Positions 25,387 to 34,323 of a DNA stretch of 37,667 bases are shown in pieces. The notes beneath the pieces were generated by a model. That model worked only from the letters and a program-made list of their open reading frames with translations, made no database searches and was not told the origin of the DNA. Position 1 is the stretch's first letter. Each line of letters begins with the position of its first letter. Source of the DNA: a virus (taxonomy: Duplodnaviria; Caudoviricetes); the IMG/VR virus record IMGVR_UViG_3300048850_000057, positions 1 to 37,667 of that record. The stretch is one strand, 5' to 3'. A program made the position numbers and the translations under genes.

Positions 25387-27246
25387 TCATGTTTGCTGTC
25401 GTTTCGTGTAGGCTTTGAGGTCGATGAACGTGCAGCGGCACTGTCGGCCGGCAACGGTTATCCTGTTGTCCATCCTGCCGCTGCCACAGTCGATTTTTTG
25501 CTTGATGATGCCGGGATCTCCGCGCTTGAAGGCGAAGCTCCAGCTGCCTTGCGTGCCATTGCTGAATGGCGTCCCCGTCAGCGCTTTCGCCAGCTGCCGC
25601 GATTGGTTCGGCACGCATAGCGTGAGACCGTCTTTGACCGTACCGAGGAGCCCGAGGTCGATCGCCTCGAGCTTCTCCCGCACCTCGCTGACCGAAACGT
25701 TGTCGCCGATCTTCAGCCGATCCAGTTCCTGGGCGACCGTGCGTCGCTGGCCGCCGGTATAGTTGTCGATCACGGAGGTCAGGATGTAGCCGAGGCACTG
25801 CTCCCAGGTAGGCGCACGCCCCTCGAGCTCCGGCAGCGCGTCCGCCGCGAGCCACTCGCCCCACTTCGACAGATCGTCACTCGGCAGGCCGAGCCGTCGC
25901 AATCCCTCGTCTCCCAGCATCGTGTGAGCCACGGCTAGGAAGGTGCCGAAGGTCTTTTGTCCGCGGCTGTCGTGGCCGTGCTCGCGCAGGATCGCGTAAT
26001 AGTCGTCGAGGCGATATTCGAGATCCTTCCACCCGTCGGCGAGTATCCGCATGAGCCGCGGTCCAACCGTCTCGGCGGCCGACAGCGTCGGCGCCTTCGG
26101 GTTCGTTGTCTTCAACGGGTGCAGCTGGATGATCGCGAGCCTGGTCAAGCTCGCCGGCGGCAGCGGCGGCGGATTGATGCCGGAAAAGATGAAGGTCGAC
26201 TGCGCCTGGAACTCGACGCCCTTGTGGTTCTGGCCGCCGCGGATACGCACGGATCCGCTCGCCGCATCGCGTGCCATCTTGATGACGCGCTGGGCCTGCT
26301 CCTGTCCTTCGTCGCCCTCGAGCTCGTCGATCGAGATCGGCACGCTGTCATGGCCGACGAGCTGATAGAGGCCGGCCTCGGTCGCGTTTGTGGTCGAGAC
26401 CATCAGCCGGCCGAGGATCGTCTTCAGCAGCCCCGTCTTGCCGGTGAGCTCCGATTTCCCGGTACCGGCGTCGCCGACGATGAAGATCGACGGCCGCCAA
26501 TCTAGCGCACCGCCGAGCATGGCAATGCCGATCCAGCCGAGCAGCAACATCGCGTCGATATCGCCGCGATCGAAATTCCAGGTGCGGAGGATCTCCATGA
26601 CCTGGACGGCAGGATTGTCCTTCGCCTCGACCTGGTCGGCCCAGGGCGAAAGCGAGGCCGGCCGGCGAGGATAGAAGTGATCGTCGATCTCGCCGGTATC
26701 TTCCATCCGGCCATCGATCCACATGTGATCGCCGCAATGCAGAAGCAGGTTGCCCTGGCTGTCGCGCCAGGCACCGCGGCCACGCACCATGTCGGTCGAC
26801 GACCAGGCGCCGCGCTCGCGGCAGGCGGCAAAGAGATCGCGGCGGACCCGCTCGCTCTTGAAGCCGGGATCCGCGAACATCTTTTTCGGCTCCTTCGCCG
26901 GCCAGGCCCAGTAGAGGAAATCCTCGTGGCCCGCGAACAGCTTCTGCAGCCGCTCGACGCCGAGGGCGCCGTCGCCGGTATTGAACACCTGCCCCATGGT
27001 GTCGACGTAATAGTAGTTCTCGCCATCGTAGCCGAGCGGTCGCACCGGGCAGTTCTGAGGCAGGAACCCGGTCTCGTCGACGTAGTTGGCGTTCATCCAC
27101 TCGCCGGGCTGGATGCCGTCGAGCGGCTTGCCAGGAGAGGGATAGGGTGCGCGCCGGCGCTTGAGCTCGAGCTGCACCTTCCCCATCGCACCGCGGATCA
27201 AACCGCCAGTTTTTTTCGTGCCGTCGTCTTGCTTGTCTATGCTCAT
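25387..27246 (-). CDS. Replicative P-loop helicase/NTPase (primase-associated)
   Basis: Walker A GDAGTGKS, Walker B ISIDE, FIFSGIN, SLTR. Confidence 0.8.
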   Translation of the reverse strand: MSIDKQDDGTKKTGGLIRGAMGKVQLELKRRRAPYPSPGKPLDGIQPGEWMNANYVDETGFLPQNCPVRPLGYDGENYYYVDTMGQVFNTGDGALGVERLQKLFAGHEDFLYWAWPAKEPKKMFADPGFKSERVRRDLFAACRERGAWSSTDMVRGRGAWRDSQGNLLLHCGDHMWIDGRMEDTGEIDDHFYPRRPASLSPWADQVEAKDNPAVQVMEILRTWNFDRGDIDAMLLLGWIGIAMLGGALDWRPSIFIVGDAGTGKSELTGKTGLLKTILGRLMVSTTNATEAGLYQLVGHDSVPISIDELEGDEGQEQAQRVIKMARDAASGSVRIRGGQNHKGVEFQAQSTFIFSGINPPPLPPASLTRLAIIQLHPLKTTNPKAPTLSAAETVGPRLMRILADGWKDLEYRLDDYYAILREHGHDSRGQKTFGTFLAVAHTMLGDEGLRRLGLPSDDLSKWGEWLAADALPELEGRAPTWEQCLGYILTSVIDNYTGGQRRTVAQELDRLKIGDNVSVSEVREKLEAIDLGLLGTVKDGLTLCVPNQSRQLAKALTGTPFSNGTQGSWSFAFKRGDPGIIKQKIDCGSGRMDNRITVAGRQCRCTFIDLKAYTKRQQT

Positions 27247-27316
27247 AATTTTTTTTCAACCGGAGGGGAAAAGCGGTCCGAAAACCGCCTTTCGGTTGAC
27301 ATTTGGGGCCCCATTT

Positions 27317-28240
27317 TCATTTTTGCTTTTTGGGTCGGGCCGGCTTTTTCACCTTATCGACGGGCTCGCCGCCGCCATCAGGCTCGCCAGCGCATGCATC
27401 GGCTGGCTGCGCCACCTGGTTGCCAGCTTCAGAGATCTCTCCCGCCGCTGCTGCTGATCCATCGTTCCCGGCAGCATTCCCGCCCGTTCCATGATCAGCA
27501 TTTGCTGTGCGAACTTCCGCCGATCGGTCCGGATCCGCGCCCGCCTCATCGCCCGCTTTCTGTCCCTGGCCTGCAGTTTCTTCTTCATTCGCTTCTCCTG
27601 TTGCTGGCGCCGCGGCGCCGATCGACATGGTGGGGATGAGGATCGAGACGCTCGGATCGGTCTCGGTCGGCGCCGGCAGCTCGTCGACCTGGTCGGCCTC
27701 TGCGCGGGCCTGGTCGGCCGAGGCGAGATCCCTGAGGAACTGTTCGGAATGCTTCTCGACCTCACCAAGAGAGCCGGTCGGCTCGAAAATGCTGTCCTCG
27801 AGCTTGATCGGCGGATTTTCCCGCTGCTCGAGCTGGGCCCGGCCAAACTCGGCATGCTGGATGGCGGTCAGCTGCTGATAGGCCTGCAGGCAAACGCTTG
27901 CGAACATGTCGAAGGCGAAGCGCCGGGCCATCGGCGCGTCGGCAAAACGCTGAGACTTCGGAATATCATCGACAACAAGCCCCGTGATCCCGCCCCAGAT
28001 CCAAAGGCGCTCGCCGCTGGCGCCGTGCGTGGCGGCATATTCCGCCAGGAGGAGGATGTCCTGGGCGGGATCGTCATTGTCCTCTCCGCCACCGAACCAG
28101 TTCGACCCGTCGCCGCCCGGCAGCGACTTGCCAACTGTTCCCTCCTCCTCTGCCACAGCCAGGAAGGAATAGAGCTGCGCGGCCGCGACATGCGCGATCG
28201 CCCCTCCATACTCAATTGCGTTGATCTGCATGATGTTCAT
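27317..28240 (-). CDS. Hypothetical acidic protein between primase and helicase
   Basis: AAGGAG SD and TGATG coupling to the primase stop; disordered acidic C-terminal half with a basic tail. Confidence 0.65.
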   Translation of the reverse strand: MNIMQINAIEYGGAIAHVAAAQLYSFLAVAEEEGTVGKSLPGGDGSNWFGGGEDNDDPAQDILLLAEYAATHGASGERLWIWGGITGLVVDDIPKSQRFADAPMARRFAFDMFASVCLQAYQQLTAIQHAEFGRAQLEQRENPPIKLEDSIFEPTGSLGEVEKHSEQFLRDLASADQARAEADQVDELPAPTETDPSVSILIPTMSIGAAAPATGEANEEETAGQGQKAGDEAGADPDRSAEVRTANADHGTGGNAAGNDGSAAAAGEISEAGNQVAQPADACAGEPDGGGEPVDKVKKPARPKKQK

Positions 28241-29322
28241 CACCATCCGCTCCTTATTGCGTCGTTGACGTCTTTCCCCCAGTCGCCCGGCATGGAGACC
28301 ACCTCCACCGGCTTTCCGAAGCCCTTGAGCCGCGCGATCGCGCGATCGAACTGTTGCTGCGCCTGGCGCTTGCCCCAGTCGTTGTCCTTGAAGACGATCC
28401 AGGCGGAGACGGCCGGATGGTCGGGAACCGTGAGAAGTCCCGGAAGGCTGCCCGCGGCCCACATGCGAAGATCCGGAACGGCCTGCGCGCCGGAAAGGCC
28501 GTCCTCGATCCCCTCGAGGAGCCCGCACGGGCCCGCGATGCCCTGGGCGGCCGCTTCCTCCGCAGGAAGGCCGCTGGCACCGTTGGTCAGGCGGATAACG
28601 AGGCCGGTCGTCTCCGGAAACATCAGCTTGGCCTTCGGCACTTCGGCCTTGCCGGATCCGTCCGCCTTCAAAAATGTGTAGTGGCAGGCGCCGATCCGGC
28701 CGCCGGCATCGACCATGGCGGAGACCATCGCCGGCAGCTGCGGCCGCCCCTCGAGCATCCAGTATTCGCAATCGTCGCGGAAACGCAGCGATCGGCCGAG
28801 GTTCGGGATTTTCGAGATCTCGACATTGCGGCCGACAAGGTATGTGTCGGCCGGCGTGCCGATCAGGCGCTCGCTGCAGGAGAAGAAGAACCGCCGCGCC
28901 TTGCCGATCGAGGTCTCACGCCGGCGCCGATCGCGCGCCTCTGCCGCCTGGCGCCGCGCCTGGCTTTCCTTGTCGATCTGCTCGCGCCGCGCCGGCGACA
29001 TGGACTTGAGACCATAGCGGTCCTCGACCCATTCCACCGCCGCCATGCGGCTCGTATCGTCGATCGAGCCCTGCAGCCCAAAGGCGACCAGGTCGATTGC
29101 GTCGCCTTTCACGTCGCCGGCGAAATCCTTGAACGCTCCGCGCCTGGCACCGCGCAGCCACACCGCCATCTGCTCGGGCTTGGCGCCTGGGCGATAGGGA
29201 TTGACGACGTTCCAGAGGCCGGTGCGCGCGTGCTTTCGCTCGGCGCGATAGAGCAGCTCGAGGATGGTTTCGAGCTCGTCGAGGATCTTGGCCTTGGCGA
29301 CGGAAAAGCGGGACACGGTCAC
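28240..29322 (-). CDS. DNA primase (TOPRIM domain)
   Basis: GDAIDL, H-x-TFL-x-x-DGSGKA, EGIEDG, DND and GKDVND motifs. Confidence 0.85.
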   Translation of the reverse strand: MTVSRFSVAKAKILDELETILELLYRAERKHARTGLWNVVNPYRPGAKPEQMAVWLRGARRGAFKDFAGDVKGDAIDLVAFGLQGSIDDTSRMAAVEWVEDRYGLKSMSPARREQIDKESQARRQAAEARDRRRRETSIGKARRFFFSCSERLIGTPADTYLVGRNVEISKIPNLGRSLRFRDDCEYWMLEGRPQLPAMVSAMVDAGGRIGACHYTFLKADGSGKAEVPKAKLMFPETTGLVIRLTNGASGLPAEEAAAQGIAGPCGLLEGIEDGLSGAQAVPDLRMWAAGSLPGLLTVPDHPAVSAWIVFKDNDWGKRQAQQQFDRAIARLKGFGKPVEVVSMPGDWGKDVNDAIRSGW

Positions 29323-29597
29323 TCTCCCGTCATTACCGCCTCGAAGGCGGAAAGAATGTCATCGAAAGCCTCGTTGTCGCGCCGGTCCTCGACTGCGCGA
29401 ACGAGCTTCGAAACGTTCTGCTTGGTGCAGCTGCAGGCCTCGGCCGCCAGCGCCTGGTTGACGCCGCAGCACGTCACGAGGAGATAGACCTCGACTGCGC
29501 GCCGATCGTCGGGCCGGATCGGCGACGAATGCAGTGCCAATCGGATGGCGCGCAGGGCGAAAAGAGCGCTGTGAAGGCCGGACGTCCGCTTAGACAT
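29319..29597 (-). CDS. Small HTH protein
   Basis: NQALAAEACSCTKQNVSKLVRAVEDRRD helix-turn-helix pattern. Confidence 0.65.
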   Translation of the reverse strand: MSKRTSGLHSALFALRAIRLALHSSPIRPDDRRAVEVYLLVTCCGVNQALAAEACSCTKQNVSKLVRAVEDRRDNEAFDDILSAFEAVMTGE

Positions 29598-29841
29598 CGT
29601 CTGCCCCCAGCATCTTGGCGGACAGGCGCCGGCGCTGCTCGATCGTGCGGATCGCGAAGCGAAGGGCGATGACGTGCCGCTTGAAGGCATGACCGGACTT
29701 GCAGATCCGGGCATAGGTGTTTCGCGGGATCTCCGCGACCGTGTATAGCTCGACGTGTGAGATGCCGAGTTGTTGCCGCCGTCTTTCGATGCGCGACAGA
29801 GCTAGGCCCTGGTCGGGCCGGTATGGCGTCCGCCGTTTCAT
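29590..29841 (-). CDS. Small XRE-like HTH protein
   Basis: IERRRQQLGISHVELYTVAEIPRNTYARI. Confidence 0.65.
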   Translation of the reverse strand: MKRRTPYRPDQGLALSRIERRRQQLGISHVELYTVAEIPRNTYARICKSGHAFKRHVIALRFAIRTIEQRRRLSAKMLGADDV

Positions 29842-29921
29842 GCTTTCCCTCGTAATGCCCCATTCCCTGGGAGCCGCCGGCAACAACGGACAAAAAACCG
29901 GCGACGCCCGTATGCGATCGC

Positions 29922-30224
29922 TTAAAAGCCGACGTCGTCGCTCGCCTCGAGGGCGGTCGGCGGTCGATAGTCGACAGGCCGCACGGGCCGCGGATCGTGG
30001 TAGCTGTAGCCGGCCTTCTCTCGGGCGATCTCTTCGGTGGTCGGTCGGATGCTGTAGATCGCCGACACGCCGTAGAATTCTGACACGTGGTCGGTGTCGG
30101 AAACGGGGATGTCTACGCGCAGCATCTTGCCGCCGGCGATCTCGACCTCCTGGACGTAGCCAGGACGGGTCCGATGCCCCATAAGCTCTACGATTGCCCA
30201 TCCTTCATATGCACTGTCTGCCAT
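29922..30224 (-). CDS. Conserved hypothetical phage protein
   Basis: WAIVELMGH...LRVDIP motif; GAGGA SD. Confidence 0.7.
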   Translation of the reverse strand: MADSAYEGWAIVELMGHRTRPGYVQEVEIAGGKMLRVDIPVSDTDHVSEFYGVSAIYSIRPTTEEIAREKAGYSYHDPRPVRPVDYRPPTALEASDDVGF

Positions 30225-30264
30225 TCCATGCTCCTCGTGTTGCCGCCGGCCGCCCGGCGGAAAA

Positions 30265-30576
30265 TCAGACTTCAGTGATGCTGTGATCAGCCGCCTGCGC
30301 CGAGGCGATCGCGTGCAATGCGTCCCGGGCCGCCCGGCGCGCAGCGGCCGGACCTTCGACGAGCTCGCCCTCGGCGCCCCGCACGGCGCGAAGGCAGATG
30401 AGCTCGACCTCGACGTACTGGATCCCGGCATGGAAGCCCGCATGCATGAGCCGGTTCCGGATCGTCATTTCGTATTTGCCGAGGATCTGCAGCGGGCAGC
30501 GCAACAGCCAATCGGCCCTGGCCTGGTCGTGGTGCGCTTCGTCGAGCTGCTCGATGATGGGAAGGAGTGCCGTCAT
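30265..30576 (-). CDS. Hypothetical phage protein
   Basis: GGAGG SD; ATGA coupling; RADWLLRCP. Confidence 0.6.
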   Translation of the reverse strand: MTALLPIIEQLDEAHHDQARADWLLRCPLQILGKYEMTIRNRLMHAGFHAGIQYVEVELICLRAVRGAEGELVEGPAAARRAARDALHAIASAQAADHSITEV

Positions 30577-30851
30577 TGCACCGACCTCCGGAGGTCGGCC
30601 CAGCAGCGCTGCACGAGCACCCGGCCATCTTCGGTAAGGGAAAGATCGCCGCGAAGACAATGCCCATCGCGCTCGAGCTCGCCCTCGAGGAGACCAAGCG
30701 AAAGCGCGTCCTTTACGAGGCTGGGCGCATCGGCAATGACAATGTGATGCTCGATCGACGCATCGAGTTCCGTTGGTTGCCACGTGAACGCCAATGAAGC
30801 GACGACAGACGCGCGCTCGCTATAGATCCTGTCGAGCTCGGACGGCGTCAT
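30573..30851 (-). CDS. Hypothetical phage protein
   Basis: ATGA overlaps on both sides. Confidence 0.6.
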   Translation of the reverse strand: MTPSELDRIYSERASVVASLAFTWQPTELDASIEHHIVIADAPSLVKDALSLGLLEGELERDGHCLRGDLSLTEDGRVLVQRCWADLRRSVQ

Positions 30852-31657
30852 GGCCTCGCTCCGATCGCGATCTGATCCTTCTGCAGGCCCTTGTTGTAGA
30901 CCTCGACGAGGGCCTTCGCGACGTTCAGGCCGGCATCACCGCCGCCGATTTTACGGATGGTCTCTGCATCAGCGGTCAGGATCTTCCGGTCCTTGCCCTT
31001 GAGCTTGAGCACCATCCGATCGCGACTGATGAACCGCTTATTGTTGCGGTAGAGCCGAGAAAGCGCCTGGATCATGACGCCGTTCAGGGCACCAGTGTCC
31101 TTCGGCCAGGCGCCGACGAGCGTTCGGCAGGCCTCCGTCACCGCCTGGTCACCATAAGTCTTTATCGCCCGGCTCACCGCCGTGACAGCCGTTGTCTTGT
31201 TTGCCGCTGGCTTGACGCCGATTGCCGCGATGACTTCGCAGCCAGCCTCCTCGAGCACTGCACAGACGGCCATCATCTCCGGATCGCCCGCCTCGATGCC
31301 GGCGTGATACTTCTCTACCGTCGACACAGCCGTCCGGTTGACATTGACGCCCAGGAAGGCTCCCGCCTCCTCGCAGCTTTGCTCGAGCCGCACCACTGCC
31401 GCCGGCACCTCATGGACGGCAGGATGCGCGCGAGCTGCAGCAACGCGGTGTTGGCCGTCGAACACGGTGAAGGTGCCGTCGTCCTGCTGGGCCAGCATCA
31501 CGGGCTGGAAATGCGCCCAGTTGAAGTCGCGCAGGATCTGCGCCACTCGGCTCGCGCGGATCTCGCGCTGATAGTTATGGTCGACCCGGATCCTGTCGAC
31601 CGGTACCCATTGCAAAGACGGTCTTTCGCCGAGATCGGCGGATATGGCTTCACTCAC
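30848..31657 (-). CDS. ParB/Srx-like N-terminal domain protein (DUF6551-like)
   Basis: VDHNYQR, VFDGQHRVAAA and EA-x-x-F-x-x-VN motifs; GTG start behind GGAG. Confidence 0.8.
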   Translation of the reverse strand: MSEAISADLGERPSLQWVPVDRIRVDHNYQREIRASRVAQILRDFNWAHFQPVMLAQQDDGTFTVFDGQHRVAAARAHPAVHEVPAAVVRLEQSCEEAGAFLGVNVNRTAVSTVEKYHAGIEAGDPEMMAVCAVLEEAGCEVIAAIGVKPAANKTTAVTAVSRAIKTYGDQAVTEACRTLVGAWPKDTGALNGVMIQALSRLYRNNKRFISRDRMVLKLKGKDRKILTADAETIRKIGGGDAGLNVAKALVEVYNKGLQKDQIAIGARP

Positions 31658-32006
31658 CGGCACTCTCCATTCTTGCTGTTGAAACGAGGCGATAGCCGTC
31701 GCCCCACACGGTCTGGATCTCGATCGGAGTGCCCGCGAGCTTCCGCCGGATCTTGCAGACGTAGACGTCGACGATCTTGATCTCCGGCTCGCGGTCGACC
31801 ATCGGGGCAACAGCCCGGAGCAGCTGCTCCTTGCTCCTCAGCTTTCCCTTGGCGTCGTAGAGCGTGAGGAAAATCTGAAATTCTTGCGGCGCCAGATGCG
31901 CGAACCGGCCGTTGCTAACGACAATTCCAGCTTCCCTGTCGATCGCGAAGATCGTCGACGGCAATGCGGTTCCACAGGTCGGGCAGGCGCATGCGGCATC
32001 AGTCAT
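31650..32006 (-). CDS. OmpR/PhoB-type winged-helix protein resembling the CtrA DNA-binding domain, without a receiver domain
   Basis: EPEIKIVDVYVCKIRRKL...IQTVWGDGY; N-terminal CPTCG. Confidence 0.85.
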   Translation of the reverse strand: MTDAACACPTCGTALPSTIFAIDREAGIVVSNGRFAHLAPQEFQIFLTLYDAKGKLRSKEQLLRAVAPMVDREPEIKIVDVYVCKIRRKLAGTPIEIQTVWGDGYRLVSTARMESAGE

Positions 32007-32202
32007 CGACACGCCCTATCTCCAAGCCTTCGCGGATATCGCGCACGGTCAAATCATCGTCGATGTTCTCGAGGAACCGCATGACGAGGCGTCGGACGCG
32101 ATCGACATGCGCGTTGCTGACAGTGCGACGCTCAAAGGCGCCGCTTTTCAGTTCCGATCCGGCCGCAACTTCTAGGGCCTCCATGAGCTCGCCAACCATC
32201 AA
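31999..32202 (-). CDS. Hypothetical phage protein
   Basis: Overlap-coupled with neighbours; GGAG SD. Confidence 0.55.
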   Translation of the reverse strand: MMVGELMEALEVAAGSELKSGAFERRTVSNAHVDRVRRLVMRFLENIDDDLTVRDIREGLEIGRVDD

Positions 32203-32489
32203 AGCAATCTCCCCTGGTCAGTGTGGGTGTCGCTCTCCGCCTCGAGGCGGCGTTTCTGCCATTCCCGGAAAGCCCGAAGATCCTCGAGCGTCGCCGGCTT
32301 CTCACCAGGCACGGCCGTGATCGCGGCCCAGCCCTTGGCGCTGGTGTAGAGGTCGAAGGAAATGCCCCGCCAACCGACGCGGCCGGCCTCGGTATTGAGA
32401 ATGTCGAGCAGCTCCTGATGCATCGCGGCGTTAGCGGCCGGATCGTCCGGGATCTTGTCGCCGACGGCCATGTGCGTGATTGAACTCAT
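32199..32489 (-). CDS. Hypothetical phage protein
   Basis: ATGA coupling at 32486-32489. Confidence 0.55.
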   Translation of the reverse strand: MSSITHMAVGDKIPDDPAANAAMHQELLDILNTEAGRVGWRGISFDLYTSAKGWAAITAVPGEKPATLEDLRAFREWQKRRLEAESDTHTDQGRLL

Positions 32490-32899
32490 GGTTCCACCGG
32501 GCAATTGAAGGTCATGCCGCAGTGATTGAGCCGGCGCTTCACATCGTGGTCGATGTGGACGTGAGCCACGTGGCCGCACCCCGGCTGACCTACCAACGTG
32601 GGATAGCCGGCGATCTCGACCAGACGCTCGCCCTTGTGAATGAAGATCGCTGTGCAGGAAAAGCGGAGGCGCAGGCCGACGAGCTCGCGGCCCTGGTCGG
32701 GCTTGATCTCCTCGCCGGCGTAGATCACCGGCCGGTTCTCCCAGAAGGCTTTGATCCCGTCCGTGTCATCGTCGCGGCCGTTTGCAAAAATGATGGGATG
32801 GAATGGCGGCAGCACGATTTCGCGAGGCTTCGCCTCCGGTACCGAACCACCCATTAGGAAGTCGACGAACCGTTTAAGCTTTGATTTGACGTTGTTCAT
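32486..32899 (-). CDS. Hypothetical phage protein
   Basis: ATGA coupling to cro; contains I-x-ANG-x-DDDT-x-G. Confidence 0.6.
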   Translation of the reverse strand: MNNVKSKLKRFVDFLMGGSVPEAKPREIVLPPFHPIIFANGRDDDTDGIKAFWENRPVIYAGEEIKPDQGRELVGLRLRFSCTAIFIHKGERLVEIAGYPTLVGQPGCGHVAHVHIDHDVKRRLNHCGMTFNCPVEP

Positions 32900-33093
32900 T
32901 GATCGCCTTCACCGTTGAACTTTTCGGGGAAGATCATGCGGAGTACCGCAATCGTGGTCGGCTGGAGTTTCGAGTTGAACTTCAACCCACGATGGATCGT
33001 GTTCTCAGGAATGCCGGAAGCGCGGGCCAACTCGGATTTGGTCAGCCCCTTCTCTTCGCGCCACTTGTCCACAGTTTGCCAGCGCAGTTGCAT
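32896..33093 (-). CDS. Cro-like HTH regulator
   Basis: 65 aa; KGLTKSELARASGIPENTIHR; GGAG SD; divergent from the repressor. Confidence 0.8.
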   Translation of the reverse strand: MQLRWQTVDKWREEKGLTKSELARASGIPENTIHRGLKFNSKLQPTTIAVLRMIFPEKFNGEGDQ

Positions 33094-33138
33094 TGTTCGA
33101 TTTCTCCATTGATTAATCGATACAAGCTGTGATTTGCT

Positions 33139-33150
33139 TTGACCTGTCAA
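33139..33150. promoter_or_regulatory. Palindrome TTGAC-CT-GTCAA in the cro/cI switch (overlapping divergent -35 boxes or operator)
   Basis: Seen directly between the divergent regulators. Confidence 0.5.
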
Positions 33151-33166
33151 CTGTACAAACTTCAAA

Positions 33167-33796
33167 ATGCGCAGGGGCGCACTCCACATTATGTTCCGCG
33201 TTGTGGACAACGTTCGCCAGAAACATCTGGATTGGGTGAAAGCAATCCTTGCTTCCCGAGGGTGGAAGCAGCACCGCCTCGCGAAGGAGGCGGGCTTGTC
33301 CCCCTCTGCGCTCAACAAATTCATCAACGACCCGACCGGCACCCGTACACTCAACAGCTACTCGATCGAGAAAATTGAGAGTGCAACGGGGGTCCCGTTG
33401 ACAGTGCGCGGCTCGCCCGTGGATCGGCGTGAACACACAGACGCTGGCGAAATCGCCCCGGTATCGAGCGGAAGCGAGCTCATTGCCGCTGCAAAACATG
33501 GCAAGAACGGCGTGGACGCCTTCGAGATGAAGGCTCGAGTTCTTGAATTGGCAGGCTACATCCCGGGCGACGTCCTGGTCGTGGATGAGAATGCCACACC
33601 GCAGCCGGGCGACGTCGTTTTGGCGGAGCATTTCGATCGGAACGGTCAATCCGAGATGATCGTTCGTATCTACGAGACTTCGTTCCTGGTCGCAGCGACC
33701 ATGGATCCCGCTTATCTGAGCCCGATCCTCATAAACAAAGACATCGAGCTCCGCGGCGTTGTCATCGCCTCGATCAGAAAGCGTCGCGCGGCCTAA
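33167..33796 (+). CDS. CI-like repressor (XRE HTH plus S24-like C-terminal domain)
   Basis: RLAKEAGLSPSALNKF HTH; GYIPGDVLVVD...PQPGDVVLA S24-like fold; the start may be 33191 or 33203. Confidence 0.85.
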   Translation: MRRGALHIMFRVVDNVRQKHLDWVKAILASRGWKQHRLAKEAGLSPSALNKFINDPTGTRTLNSYSIEKIESATGVPLTVRGSPVDRREHTDAGEIAPVSSGSELIAAAKHGKNGVDAFEMKARVLELAGYIPGDVLVVDENATPQPGDVVLAEHFDRNGQSEMIVRIYETSFLVAATMDPAYLSPILINKDIELRGVVIASIRKRRAA

Positions 33797-33823
33797 TTTC
33801 GCAGCACGTCAGCTTTAGCAACG

Positions 33824-33982
33824 AATCCTTTCATTTTCCGCGAATTCCTTGCGGCTCACACGGGATGAATCCTTGTGGAGTCTTGAATTATTCAGTGTTT
33901 TTTCGCCGTAAATCCTTGGGGGTATCGGGCTGTCAAATTGGTTGAGCGATACCATGATATCGTCATGTACCAAAAATCCATG
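33824..33982 (+). repeat. Direct repeats A(A/T)TCC(T/A)T(G) upstream of the early operon
   Basis: AATCCTT 33824, ATTCCTTG 33844, AATCCTTG 33868, AATCCTTG 33911, AATCCATG 33975. Confidence 0.55.
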
Positions 33983-33991
33983 GACTAATCA

Positions 33992-34020
33992 TTGACAAGC
34001 ATTGACCCGTGGAACATCTT
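33992..34020 (+). promoter_or_regulatory. Putative sigma70 early promoter
   Basis: TTGACA-N17-CATCTT upstream of an AGGAG SD and the 34057 start. Confidence 0.55.
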
Positions 34021-34056
34021 CGGCTCTGCAACTGATTTGCGAAGCAGGAGATCACC

Positions 34057-34323
34057 ATGTCTCTTTCCGAGAGAACCGTCGATATCGACGAGCTGGCCGC
34101 GGCGCTGCGCCGCTCGCCGGACTATATCCGCCGCAACTGGCTGAAGATGCACCAGCGGCACGGAATGCCGCGCAAGAACCCGACCGGCTGGATTTGGCCG
34201 CGCGGTGCCATGGAGGCATGGCTCGAAGGCGCCGAGGCCGCCGAAGTCACGAGCCTTTCCGGCCTGGTCGCAAACCAGAACAAGAAGCTCGCCGCGCGGT
34301 ACGCCTCCGGAGGCCGCGCATGA
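34057..34323 (+). CDS. Excisionase/AlpA-like HTH protein
   Basis: DIDELAAALRRS...GMP...W-x-WPRGAMEAWL pattern; first gene of the operon leading to the integrase. Confidence 0.65.
   Translation: MSLSERTVDIDELAAALRRSPDYIRRNWLKMHQRHGMPRKNPTGWIWPRGAMEAWLEGAEAAEVTSLSGLVANQNKKLAARYASGGRA

Noticed and set aside
33094-33166. CtrA box in the cro/cI region
   Set aside because: There is only a single TTAA and no TTAA-N7-TTAA.
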